Shown here: positions 49,101 through 57,710 of the stretch, one piece after another | Position numbering within the stretch: position 1 is the first letter of the stretch | Layout: each line of letters begins with the position of its first letter | Virus record (IMG/VR): IMGVR_UViG_3300032280_000788 | Coordinates: 1-63,300 of that record | Strand: one strand, 5' to 3' | Source of the DNA: a virus | Lineage: Duplodnaviria; Caudoviricetes | DNA length: 63,300 nucleotides | Notes under the pieces: generated by a model | Seen by the model: only the letters and a program-made list of their open reading frames with translations | What the model was told of the DNA's origin: nothing | The model's database searches: none | Program-made: the position numbers and the translations under genes

Positions 49101-52100
49101 CAACATCCGCTAAGGCCACCGAGGACGGTGCTGACCCGAGCAACTTGGTGGATCTGGCGTCACTGAAGCGCAACCCGCAAGCGTACCGCAAGAACGCGCT
49201 GCTTCTGCTCGAGTACCCAATCGTTGCTCGCGAGTTCCCGGAGCTCGCCAAAGAATACGCAGAAATTCGTGGTGCTGTTCTTAAAGAGCAGGACAAAGCA
49301 AAAGCAAACGGCATCAAGATTACAGGCGCAAAAGATGCAGCGAAGAAAACACTCGCTAATTATCTTGGTGTTACCAAAGCAAAGGTGTCCGGCAAAATGC
49401 TGGAAGACGCAATTGAAAATCCTGAGTCCACATTTATTACCAAGGAGCAACCCGGAACTATTGCTGGGAACAAAGAAGCAAGGGCGCGCAATAAAGCCTT
49501 GGCCGAGTTCAATAAGAACCTAGACCAGATTAAAAAGTACGAGGCGGAAGGCGCTGTTCTTGGAACAAACAGCAGCAAGGCGCTCAAGACGTACACCGAT
49601 ACGCTTGACAAGATTGCCAAGGACCCGGAACACCCAATCGCTAAGCAAGCAGACGAGATTTACAACACACTAATTGAGGTTACCAAGAGCAACCTGCGCA
49701 TGCTAATGGATGTTTTCCCAAGCGATATCCGCGACATCGCCAACCTTTGGTACGATGGCGCAAACATTATTGCGCAGCAGTTCGCCGGGGACAACTACTC
49801 CCTTGAGCAGAGCGCAGCTGTGCTTGCCGTGTTCAGTCCACAAAAGGATTGGTTCATGAACGTCGAGCTGGGCAAGCGGACAATGGAAATCTGGACCGCG
49901 GACCAAGAGTACGAGTGGGACGAAGCAATGAGCGCGCGCTGGCTTATGCGCGGCGGTGAGCCAGAGCTTAAGGAGAACAAGGACGGGACCATTGGTTATG
50001 CCAAGGGCATTAAACCGGACCTTGACGAAAACGGCGAGCACCGCACAGCCGAGAACGGCATGCTGTTGTTCCACGGCTGGGGCAGCGAAAAAGTAAAAGC
50101 AAAAAGGCAGCAAGCGTTTGAACGGCTTCAGTCCTTAAAAGGTAAAAAGCTCAAGGATCTTAGTACGGAGCAACAGGCTTGGTTTGTACGCATGCGTGCT
50201 GAAACCAAGTATGCCACTAGCTTCCCAATCGTTAGCCCGGACGGACGCTTTGGTACGCCTAGCTCAAGCACCAATAAAAAGGGCGTTACCAAAGAAATCA
50301 AGCTGGCGTGGGGGACCTACGGCAGCATTGGCAAGGCTATTAGAATCCTTACCGCGCCGCCCAAAACCCAAATGAAAGTTATTAGCGACGAGCTTGGCGA
50401 CCAGCACAAGGTTCGTAGCTTCTACAATAACATTGTGGACCCGCAGAACGCAGACGGCCACGTGACCATGGACACCCATGCTATTGCGGCGCTGTTCTGG
50501 CAAGCGTTCAGCGGCAACAGCCGCGAGGTCGGCCAGAACTTTGGAACCGCGAACACCGCCACCGACAGCCTTACCGGCGTTGGTGGTCTTTACCCAGCAT
50601 TCGCAGAAGCGTACAGAGCGGTCGCCGCTGAGTACGGAATGCTCCCGCGCCAAGTGCAAAGCATTACTTGGGAAGCCGTGCGTATGTTGTTCACGGCCAG
50701 ATGGAAGAGTAAGCCTGAAAACGTTAATGGTGTGCGCGCCGTATGGGTCCGGTACCAGAACAACGAGATTACGTTGGAGCAAGCGCAGACCGCAGTGTTT
50801 GCAATGGCGACCAACGGCAAGGACTTGGCAACCGCCGTGGCCAATAGCAACGACGAAGAGCTTGGTCTTGGTTTCCCAAGCTGGGCCGACGTTACTGAAG
50901 GCCCGGCCCCGGCCGGGGTCGGCATTGCCCGCAGCCGTGCACTTACCCAAGATGACGAGGCTATGTTCGCGAACAGCGAACGACGCAACACATGGTCCAA
51001 AGCAGCCAAAGAGTTCTTGGGCGCGCGAGTTCATCCGTCAGAGATCCCAGTGATTCAAGGAAGATATATGCGAATTTCGGATATGCCGAAAGCTTTGCAA
51101 GATCTTGCTACAGTCGCAGAAGTTTCTAAGAAACTTCAAAGAGAAACTGATATGGCCGGTAATGACATCTTGGATATTGTTACCTCACCGGTTGAAACCG
51201 ATACGGCTTGGTACGATCTTGACGCGGCTTTCAGAAACAAGCTTAGAACTGAGTTTGATCTGCGGACTCAAGCTCTTGACCGCATTAAGAAACAAACCAA
51301 GGGCTTGTATACAGATTCGGAAATCATTACGTACGCAATGAACTTGCCTACGGTAACTGATATTGAATTTGAAGATACAAGAATTGGGATCCGCTTGGGT
51401 GTTAATCTTAGTATTGCCCGCAGCCGTGCAGCGCAACTGGACACTGACTACCTCGCGGCAGTGGAGAAGGGTGACACCGAGGCCGCGCAGCGGATGGTGG
51501 ATGAGGCGTTACTGGACACCGACATCATACCTACAAATCTGAAGAGAGCATTCAAATCATTCTGGAATGCAGAAGGTAAAATCAATGAAGCATGGAACAA
51601 CCCAGCTCAAAACGCGGCAAAGACCCGAGCCGCAGCAAAACTCACAAATCAATTAGATGTTCAGTTTGAAAACGACATGGAAGCGTCTACGCGCTTCTGG
51701 AGGAATATCAATGAGTTGAGACGACCCGTAACCTACGACGCAGAGCGCAACGTGATCCCGTTGAGCAAGCGGTTTGATCTTACCAAACAAGACATTCGCC
51801 ACAGCAAGGCCACAGTTGCAACTGGCCAGCCGTACTCCACAACAGCATTCCACGGCGGCACATACAAGCAGGGTGTGGGTGCGCTGCGTCCGAGCAAGGA
51901 AGGCGCTCTAGGATCTGGTTACTACGTCACGCCAAGCGTTGACTCAGCGAAGAAGTATGCGCGCGAGGGTAGCCTCGGAGCAGGCGTTACCGGCGGTAGC
52001 GTTTCGGTGTTCGATGTTAGCCTACAGAATCCATTGGTGTTTGAGTATAGCCAAGCGTATCCAGCCAATATATTCCAAGCTCTTGGTGTGGACCCAGACA

Positions 52101-55100
52101 AGGCCGAAGCAAAGGCCGAGAAGATCCTAGAAGAGAAAGGCTATATAGGTAAGCAGTTCCAGACCATGGGTCAGAAGCTCGGCTACGACGGAATCATTAT
52201 TGTGAACAACAATGGAGACGTGCTCGAGTTGGTCGCGTGGAGTCCGACATCGCTTAAGGATGGTTTCACAGACGCAAACATCGCACTTAGTCGCGCCGCG
52301 GTTAACGCTGGTGATGTAAAGTGGGATGTCGAAGGCATTGGGTCAACACCCACCCAAGCAGACATTAGTTATTTTGGTTTTGAGGTGCCGATGTTGCCGT
52401 CTGATTTTAGAAAGATGGTACCTAAAGGTGTTTCTGGCTCAGATACTAAAGAGTTTATTAAAAAGAAAATACAAGAGGGAGAAGCTATTGCGCCACCCTT
52501 CTTACGTGCGACATGGGACAAAGAACGTAAAGTATGGGTTGTTAATCCAGAAGAACACGAAGGTAGAAGCCGCACTGATGCTGCCGCTGAAATTGACCCC
52601 AGCGCACCAATGCCCGTGTCGATCATACTAAACAAAGGAATGCGAGCAAGAAGTCTTACAGATGAGATGCGTAATGCGCCTTTTGTTCTGGATAGTAATC
52701 TGGATGAAGTTGTATTTACACCAACACAAGCTGTCGCGCTTAGCAAGGCCGGGCTCGACACCGCGCCCAAGGCTTTCCGCGGCCGCATGGTCCAGCTGAC
52801 CCATTGGTCCAAGGCCACCGAGCTTAAGGAGACAGACCCAAGCGAGCACGGTAATGGTGGTGCTGGCAAAGAACTAGAGCGCCGCCGCGAGTACGGAGAC
52901 ATCTACATGCCGCGGACTTATTTCGGATACGACAAGTACCGCCGCGAGACTCAGGTTGGGGTCAACCGCTACAGCATGCTGGTTAACGGCGATACCCTGT
53001 ACGACTTGGACCGTGACCCACTAGACTTGTACCCGGACGCAGACGCCCTGCAGAAGGCTGGCTACGCTAGGTTCGATAACCGCGCTGCACTTACACTGCT
53101 CGAGAAAGCGGTTAAGGATGCAGGATTCAAGGGTTATGTTAGCACGTCTTACCAAGCCGGGGTCCTGTTCAATAAACAGAAGGTAACCAAGGTAAAGGAC
53201 GGCGACACTAGCTTGCCGCTGGCCGCACCAGCCAACATAGCCAAGAGCCCGCGCTACAGCAAGGCTCTGTATGCTATTACGAGCCCGCACGTTGAAAGCG
53301 CGTACGCGGTTAGCTTGGACGACCTGTTCATTAACAACGCCACCGGTGAATGGGACGCGGGTGGACCAGTTAGCCGCTTGTTCCGCGCCAGTGGAAACAT
53401 GGACCCTCGCTTGTTCGAGGCCGCCAAGTACCAAGAGCGTGGGTTGCGCCTTGCCAAGGCGCGGCTCAAGGATCTTACGCAAGCGTTCCAAGCCGCACTT
53501 AAGTCGGAACCAAACGCAGACTTGGACGACGTTAACTTGGCGCTCGGTAGCACAGAGCCAACCGTAGGCGCGGCGCAACGCGACGCTGCAGAAGCGGCCA
53601 AGCGCGCACGCATTGACAAGGCTAACGATGTATTTGATAGGGCCCCGGCAAACAAAGCTTACATGGACGCCGTCAATACGGCGCGTGCGAACTATAAGAC
53701 ACACCGCAGCAAACAAAAGTATACTGCAGAAGTTGAACAGGCTCGCGCTGATAGAAAAAATAGCCCAGAAATTCAGCAAAGGGACGCAGCAATTGCCGCG
53801 GCCGAGGCCCAGTACAGCAAGGATACCCAAGACGCGCGTGCACAAAACCTCGCGCCGGTACGCAAGGCGCAGCAGCAAGCACAGCTTAGGCTGGAGTTGA
53901 ACTCCCCGAAAACTGCAATTGCCATTGCCAATTTCCGCGTGGCCGTGGACAAGCTTAGCTCTGAACTTTCAGACGAGCTGGGCTCCGGTAATTCGCTTCG
54001 TGCAATTATTGACCAAAATCTTGGAGTCTATCTTACTCGCACATACCGCATCCATCAGGACGAAGGCTACGCGCAACGCGTACTGGAGGACAGCGAGTTC
54101 GCGCACCAGCGTGCGCTTGCCCGTAACTTCCTTGAGAAGAAGTGGATTGACAATACATACGAGCAGTGGCGCAAGGACGTTGCGTACGAGCCGTACACAG
54201 ACTCAGAAGTCATGTCGCTTGTGCGAGCTGAAGCGGCCTCCAAAGATGTTGGAACGCGAGAGCTCTACAAGTTTATTGACAAGCACAGCGCGACGCCAAA
54301 AGTATTTGGAAGAGCAACCAGCCGCACTGATCTTACAAGATTCATGCAGAAAGGTGAAGTGCCGCCGGAACTTCGAGTGCTGCTTGGCGAGGTACAGAAC
54401 CCAATTGAAAATGCGCTGCGCACTTACGGAAACCTCGCTCAGTTTCTTGGTACCCAGAGACTGCTCACGCAGTACACCAAGCTTGGCCTCGACAACAACT
54501 GGCTTGTAGCCGCCGAAGATGTGGAGAACGATCCAGTTAAGTACCGCGGGTATGCTCCGCTAGTAAGCACCACAGACACCAACGGCGGCGATCCACTATC
54601 CCAGTACTACGCGCAGCCCGAAGTTGTTTCTGCGTTCCAAACTATGTTCGCTCCGGCACCCGCTCCAGAAGGTAGCGATGCTAAAAAGGTTTGGGACTTT
54701 GTACAGCTTGGTGCTAGCAGAACAATTGGTGCCAGTATGGCGTTCCTTACACTAGGAAGCGCTGGCTTCTTTGTCCGCAACCTTGTGAGTATTCCAATCT
54801 TTGCGTCGGCTAACGGGTTTGTTCCTACGCCTAGCAACATTGTTACAGCGCTTAAAGGTATTAAACAAGTGTACGGCCGCGACATGGACGGACTCGGAGC
54901 CGACATGGTTATGTTGGGAATCTCTGAAGGCAGCATGGTTACACAAACTATGCGCGACTTTATCCGCGGAACAATTGACGACCCTGAGCTGATTACTAAT
55001 CAGATTGAGTCTATGCTCAAAGAGGTCGGCACCCCGGGCAACTTCCTTGCCAAGGCGTGGAAGGGCGCGAAAGTTACAGTCGATGGTCTTGCAACCCTTA

Positions 55101-56437
55101 ACGATCAAATTGATATGCTCTACAAGGCCGCTTACTGGGCGCACGAAGTTGATGTGCAGACCAAAGCTAACAAGTACAGGAGCGTTCCGCTAACACCACA
55201 GCAAATTAAGCAGGAGGCAGCGCGTGTTGTCAGGCTCACCACGCAGGGGCGCGAGCGCGTGGCTCCGATTGCTAAAGAGTTCCAACGCAGCGGGCTTGGC
55301 ATGCTGTTCAATAGCTTCTTCCGCTTCACCGCAGAAATGTTCCGCCTTCCAATCGCGACGATCCAGCTCGGAGTAGACGAAGTGAAGAGCGGAAACCCAG
55401 TGCTCGTGGCGAGGGGCCGTAACAGGCTAATTGGACTTGGCACTACTCTTTCTGTCCTTGGGTACGGTGCTCCGGCCCTGCTGAAAGAAATGTTTGAGGT
55501 CGAAGACGAGGAAGAAGAAGGTGTTCGGGCTGCTCAACCACCTTGGGCACGCGATTCCAACTTGTTCATTACATCAGACCCAGCGGAAGGAACAGTAACA
55601 ACATGGGATCTCACCTACATTAACGGATTTAGTCCGATCACAGACGCCGTCGGCCGCAGCATTCACCATGCAATCAACGGCCGCTGGGAGAAAATACCGG
55701 GGGTCATGGCTTCGTCCTTGGCAAAGAGTTTCCTGAGCCCTCAGATTGCAGTGGAGGCTTTCGCGCAGGCCGGTATGAACAGAGACGACCGCGGCGGTGC
55801 GCTGTGGTTGGAGGACGATTCATGGGGAACCAAAGTTGGCAAGACCCTGAAGCATGTGGCCAATAACGCGTTCAAGCTCCGCACCCCGTTCCAGCTCTGG
55901 AAAGCCTACGAAGCTTACACCAACGGCGGCGTCTACGACAAGGACGCACGCTTCGAGAAGGCCGCTGATCTTGTGATCAATGAGTTCAAGCCGTTCCGTA
56001 TTCATACCAATAAAACAGAACAGATGGCCAGACGCGCGTTCGGTGGTCTTAAACAACAAATGGACGCGGCCAGAGAAACTCTTGGTGAGCTTAAGAGCTA
56101 CGAGCAGCTAGACAAAAAGCGCGTGGACGAAGTTTATGATCGCTATGAAACATCGTTGATCGCGATTAACGAAAGGCTCAACAAGTACGCGGCCGGGTTC
56201 GGGAAGCTGGGAATGAGCTACGCTGAAATGGAAAGCCAAGCCGACGATGTGGGCATTAGCAAGCGTCGCTTCAAGGACGCCGTGCATTATGATCGGGTCG
56301 AAAGGTTTAAGCCTAGCGAAGACGCGTACAAGGACTACTTGCGCGTTGGCGGAGAAGAGAACGGTGCCGCGCGTGTGCAGTACCTTAACGAGGCCGTGTA
56401 CGCTAGGCCGCAGTACTTGAAATTAAACACAAAATAA
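43187..56437 (+). CDS. Giant polyvalent/internal virion protein (4416 aa)
   Basis: Uninterrupted ORF. Zincin HELGH (~47408); ADP-ribosyltransferase-like AFHGG...GSGYYVT...AKKYA...GYDGII...E (~51840-52260); LPD38-like C-terminus. Confidence 0.85.
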   Translation: MPQITKDPLGNDVELLNLTEWSDKNQKELNEDTLNQYAGYATGQFLRTGQKPEDFQDKLYSRLFQKGQQAGVFQPQDEAQTTQLFESFANKPLTDDAADLDLVSKSLLNTEPEKAARVADVYQRVKSGQPDPNLELDLEDVRKNIATPDVIQQARIGYAKERGLGFIDYPTGEPGKRDVWINTQATPDRKAVYDTLDLAQGIVDPRSAALAEEWIKTDPGRKVNRAEQRINSEIQSLLQERLSQSDPDSAFQQNMASAIEYATQSTEEFGTSVGAITKASTDRLAETKQVIVTPAAPVYAVKRVASNRVADAAIRSAYRNLKQTDPNNSLVTEFSEDQFTNAAQDYVLQRINTPTNQDDPTKNFVTLTDGTRAPLASAATLPKEKFNQAMDALGLDKQERAAASVIRTGWISANIKEITDALYDFESDEYVNFYEKNKDTYKNDVELTEAYLDQMKPDALKTFTAKTKGVGRSIPMAWGDLLFGAGAGASILVNSDAGEEFFTGLLTQNAEQEQRRGTYTKLYGSEMGLGYTLATQAAPLLADIAISRGAATLVKGGTKVAASANILARSAPVIGSTVRSAEDLMSKTAKTFIGNAIKPETKGFVSNYLKGFAVGGAEKSPAQILRAVRRDIEEKFVAGTARATQIGTGFARSAQGAYVNTSMGMRQETNPDGTPKYTEEQIKEAAITNALYSGGITALVEFGFGRVFGEGADVTAIGTANLRQIKSYSNRLTNALERGGFGGQELFDTVKQVSQEIVNKGWGDAVKQIPAEGLEEFTEEFTQNVVQNLLSDEQINFKQAFTQGLQAAVVGGVYGGAFGTTNKIGLRQADIARDTFAGTAQAIERDLMDRTVVKLQESGGSPQTIAALQDRMRVAQRRGQAISENIPVRAAKREIIDRLDATSEEPFEIPTAPAEPPAAKAPVTITRKAKKKAEELAVSEEELSLIQPSGTDKQGAPQITPNDVLAFVNRRTEQMGLDLNSLLPGPNITAPEGGFQLVGDEQADNPENRTFNDLSNRVVVIDGLRGRLRIEDEGVILDPEDGSTPFEVTPNKDLPVKDFEGFNTLLQEGAVVSPRRQAREVSEVTDGGQIVYGDTTYDLPEQPLIANVKKDDTGAVESMHMRVFNSKGLATWVYVAGDNVPKVETAYRTRGPEAVTNLASAVENAGRENTRRNIAAQTAKTKQSKQRRKDKRAKNNAPLVTDRGQRAAESAPDYRVANINKPNAPQQLVDEIRAVALQLGIDPEVFTDDAELFAMVAPDLAAGMDLETFTPQQKKQAIDNLLRNGNNPETLLEYLVSDELLPPVKRVERDSNLAALRARNSNQIRKHGIKPGADIKTVLESAARSATSKVHRQTAKELLMLGADSVPVSISYLPNNMGMAGAYLPQSNAVVINLASDNGGGALDALLHELGHAVTDRVVTAPRNDFEQQIRDRLMSLRAEYAERANAKYGNNMPPDLRYALEGRQRESEPFSELEGARELVAHFYGSARFREQLVELSPKGERNFVQKFIDLIASLFSGQPVASKQYKELAELIADLSKANQTIGANPYGRTVGRVAASRAGVNHENRVGPLFGVPNPHSRDDLEWILHQVQTLRYSDLSSEEINDIIVNQRFGMFTGENPNDTQFPEKENKEFNKKATQWLQDHGYQVIPIVGKYNRGENSFLVPGLTDQDAVDAANELVQDSVVTNTGMYFKGGMYHPRVGESINQPIGADDDFFSTLLDTNGDVTTIRVDYDFGTSLDSGIKYSKGDQQAAPVTKIARSLAAQGEFQVVEDREINKPMQFVDGRLAVNPALAEARYEAYDAEDTLDLQELDTRLAVAIGLANGSNGPDIQLSFEEVGLSPDSVIEQAAYNTLTNSDLQDLLKVKEQAKQFVASAYYHIALRNNGDNERLATAQNRVADLYRYLLRDGAGLPDAPEKFNALDISPVTMQLASRAASPAPIIRYSRAAVNIDPVQVRAQTKAGKAVGTRNPTSAKATEDGADPSNLVDLASLKRNPQAYRKNALLLLEYPIVAREFPELAKEYAEIRGAVLKEQDKAKANGIKITGAKDAAKKTLANYLGVTKAKVSGKMLEDAIENPESTFITKEQPGTIAGNKEARARNKALAEFNKNLDQIKKYEAEGAVLGTNSSKALKTYTDTLDKIAKDPEHPIAKQADEIYNTLIEVTKSNLRMLMDVFPSDIRDIANLWYDGANIIAQQFAGDNYSLEQSAAVLAVFSPQKDWFMNVELGKRTMEIWTADQEYEWDEAMSARWLMRGGEPELKENKDGTIGYAKGIKPDLDENGEHRTAENGMLLFHGWGSEKVKAKRQQAFERLQSLKGKKLKDLSTEQQAWFVRMRAETKYATSFPIVSPDGRFGTPSSSTNKKGVTKEIKLAWGTYGSIGKAIRILTAPPKTQMKVISDELGDQHKVRSFYNNIVDPQNADGHVTMDTHAIAALFWQAFSGNSREVGQNFGTANTATDSLTGVGGLYPAFAEAYRAVAAEYGMLPRQVQSITWEAVRMLFTARWKSKPENVNGVRAVWVRYQNNEITLEQAQTAVFAMATNGKDLATAVANSNDEELGLGFPSWADVTEGPAPAGVGIARSRALTQDDEAMFANSERRNTWSKAAKEFLGARVHPSEIPVIQGRYMRISDMPKALQDLATVAEVSKKLQRETDMAGNDILDIVTSPVETDTAWYDLDAAFRNKLRTEFDLRTQALDRIKKQTKGLYTDSEIITYAMNLPTVTDIEFEDTRIGIRLGVNLSIARSRAAQLDTDYLAAVEKGDTEAAQRMVDEALLDTDIIPTNLKRAFKSFWNAEGKINEAWNNPAQNAAKTRAAAKLTNQLDVQFENDMEASTRFWRNINELRRPVTYDAERNVIPLSKRFDLTKQDIRHSKATVATGQPYSTTAFHGGTYKQGVGALRPSKEGALGSGYYVTPSVDSAKKYAREGSLGAGVTGGSVSVFDVSLQNPLVFEYSQAYPANIFQALGVDPDKAEAKAEKILEEKGYIGKQFQTMGQKLGYDGIIIVNNNGDVLELVAWSPTSLKDGFTDANIALSRAAVNAGDVKWDVEGIGSTPTQADISYFGFEVPMLPSDFRKMVPKGVSGSDTKEFIKKKIQEGEAIAPPFLRATWDKERKVWVVNPEEHEGRSRTDAAAEIDPSAPMPVSIILNKGMRARSLTDEMRNAPFVLDSNLDEVVFTPTQAVALSKAGLDTAPKAFRGRMVQLTHWSKATELKETDPSEHGNGGAGKELERRREYGDIYMPRTYFGYDKYRRETQVGVNRYSMLVNGDTLYDLDRDPLDLYPDADALQKAGYARFDNRAALTLLEKAVKDAGFKGYVSTSYQAGVLFNKQKVTKVKDGDTSLPLAAPANIAKSPRYSKALYAITSPHVESAYAVSLDDLFINNATGEWDAGGPVSRLFRASGNMDPRLFEAAKYQERGLRLAKARLKDLTQAFQAALKSEPNADLDDVNLALGSTEPTVGAAQRDAAEAAKRARIDKANDVFDRAPANKAYMDAVNTARANYKTHRSKQKYTAEVEQARADRKNSPEIQQRDAAIAAAEAQYSKDTQDARAQNLAPVRKAQQQAQLRLELNSPKTAIAIANFRVAVDKLSSELSDELGSGNSLRAIIDQNLGVYLTRTYRIHQDEGYAQRVLEDSEFAHQRALARNFLEKKWIDNTYEQWRKDVAYEPYTDSEVMSLVRAEAASKDVGTRELYKFIDKHSATPKVFGRATSRTDLTRFMQKGEVPPELRVLLGEVQNPIENALRTYGNLAQFLGTQRLLTQYTKLGLDNNWLVAAEDVENDPVKYRGYAPLVSTTDTNGGDPLSQYYAQPEVVSAFQTMFAPAPAPEGSDAKKVWDFVQLGASRTIGASMAFLTLGSAGFFVRNLVSIPIFASANGFVPTPSNIVTALKGIKQVYGRDMDGLGADMVMLGISEGSMVTQTMRDFIRGTIDDPELITNQIESMLKEVGTPGNFLAKAWKGAKVTVDGLATLNDQIDMLYKAAYWAHEVDVQTKANKYRSVPLTPQQIKQEAARVVRLTTQGRERVAPIAKEFQRSGLGMLFNSFFRFTAEMFRLPIATIQLGVDEVKSGNPVLVARGRNRLIGLGTTLSVLGYGAPALLKEMFEVEDEEEEGVRAAQPPWARDSNLFITSDPAEGTVTTWDLTYINGFSPITDAVGRSIHHAINGRWEKIPGVMASSLAKSFLSPQIAVEAFAQAGMNRDDRGGALWLEDDSWGTKVGKTLKHVANNAFKLRTPFQLWKAYEAYTNGGVYDKDARFEKAADLVINEFKPFRIHTNKTEQMARRAFGGLKQQMDAARETLGELKSYEQLDKKRVDEVYDRYETSLIAINERLNKYAAGFGKLGMSYAEMESQADDVGISKRRFKDAVHYDRVERFKPSEDAYKDYLRVGGEENGAARVQYLNEAVYARPQYLKLNTK

Positions 56438-56442
56438 AACAA

Positions 56443-56474
56443 AAAAGCCCCGAGCTTAATTGCTCGGGGCTTTT
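56443..56474. terminator. Bidirectional intrinsic terminator
   Basis: AAAAGCCCCGAGC-TTAATT-GCTCGGGGCTTTT between convergent operons. Confidence 0.9.
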
Positions 56475-56477
56475 GGT

Positions 56478-56741
56478 TTAACGGCTTTCAAGTGTGGCCT
56501 GAAGCCATTCGTTCATTTCTGTAGCTAGCTCGGGCATATCAGGATACAGTGACCCGAACAGCTGGTGGATCTTTGATGAAACCTCTGGGTCAACCGCGGC
56601 GCTTGCGCTACGCATTGTTCCAAACTTTGTTTTGTAGAACACATAAAGGAATCCTGAGTCCTTGTGCAACTCTACGCAAACGCGGTCGTGGTTGGCTCGA
56701 TCAAAGAATAAATGACTAACAATACAAGTATCACGAATCAT
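56478..56741 (-). CDS. Hypothetical protein
   Basis: 87 aa; last gene before the terminator. Confidence 0.6.
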   Translation of the reverse strand: MIRDTCIVSHLFFDRANHDRVCVELHKDSGFLYVFYKTKFGTMRSASAAVDPEVSSKIHQLFGSLYPDMPELATEMNEWLQATLESR

Positions 56742-56826
56742 GGCAGTGACATAATGATGTCGTAAATAGTAGCGGTCACCCCGAACAGGGTGGCCGCTAC
56801 TGTTATATACAACAGGTGCATATTTT

Positions 56827-57072
56827 TTATGCTAGTTGTGGCTCTGGTGCAAAAAAGCGTTGCACCACTTGGCGGACAATGCCGCTATGCTTACCGCGGA
56901 CTTGCTCGAGGAAACCAGCGGCTTCTTCGGCGTCGTCCAAGGTCTTACTGCACACCCCGTTGCGGAGGAGGATTCCCCCGTTGCGGAGAACACAATAGGT
57001 TCCGTTGCGGCTATTCTCGTGGTCAGCGCGCTCTTGCGCGTTCAGTCTTGCGATGGTATTAATGTTTTGCAT
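56827..57072 (-). CDS. Hypothetical protein
   Basis: 81-aa ORF with an A/C-rich leader. Confidence 0.65.
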   Translation of the reverse strand: MQNINTIARLNAQERADHENSRNGTYCVLRNGGILLRNGVCSKTLDDAEEAAGFLEQVRGKHSGIVRQVVQRFFAPEPQLA

Positions 57073-57098
57073 AATATTAGTTGTAGTCGTTTTTGGGG

Positions 57099-57257
57099 TT
57101 AGTGGGGGGGAGTTGGTACAGAGTAGTCTTCCGCGACAAGGTTGTCCACAAAAATAAATTCTGGGTCTTGAATATGCAGAAGATCTACGAGGTGGTCAAT
57201 GCTGGGGACCTGCTGGAGGTCCCCTGTTATGGTGGTGGTTAGTGTGTTGCCGATCAT
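57099..57257 (-). CDS. Hypothetical protein (52 aa; not in the ORF track)
   Basis: MIGNTLTTTITGDLQQV...; ATGA overlap. Confidence 0.5.
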   Translation of the reverse strand: MIGNTLTTTITGDLQQVPSIDHLVDLLHIQDPEFIFVDNLVAEDYSVPTPPH

Positions 57258-57490
57258 GGGATTCCTCTGGTGTTGATTTTACCACTCAAGTACGCGAGTT
57301 CCAGCGCTAAATTTAGCGCGTCGGTTTCGTTAATTGTGTGGCAATCTATTCCGTACTTTTCACACAACGGCATATCCAGTGTTTCGGTGTACGCTAGCCA
57401 GTTACGAATGGTCCTAACTTCGGCGGCTCCGTCGGGGCTATGCACGACCCGAACCGCGGGGTTCAGCGTGGACGCATAAATAGTTTTCAC
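57254..57490 (-). CDS. Hypothetical protein
   Basis: 78 aa; GTGA overlap. Confidence 0.6.
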   Translation of the reverse strand: MKTIYASTLNPAVRVVHSPDGAAEVRTIRNWLAYTETLDMPLCEKYGIDCHTINETDALNLALELAYLSGKINTRGIP

Positions 57491-57579
57491 AATGATGCTG
57501 GGGGGCTGGGGTCGTTTGGATCATTGCACATTAAAACTATTACAAGCACGATTAGTATGACAAACAAACTTGTGATCAT
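57487..57579 (-). CDS. Small single-TM peptide (30 aa)
   Basis: MITSLFVILIVLVIVLMCNDPNDPSPPASL; overlaps neighbours at both ends. Confidence 0.55.
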   Translation of the reverse strand: MITSLFVILIVLVIVLMCNDPNDPSPPASL

Positions 57580-57710
57580 GATTTTTTGAATAGTAATAGG
57601 TCTCTTCCAATCACCAAAGGAGTTGGTCTGCTTAAGGTTTTGCGCCCATTTTTTATTAGGTAAATGAAAGCGGCCTCTTGCGCCTTTAGTCTGCGTTCTG
57701 TGTATGTCAT
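57576..57710 (-). CDS. Small basic protein (44 aa; not in the ORF track)
   Basis: MTYTERRLKAQEAAFIYLIKNG...; ATGA overlaps at both ends. Confidence 0.5.
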   Translation of the reverse strand: MTYTERRLKAQEAAFIYLIKNGRKTLSRPTPLVIGRDLLLFKKS

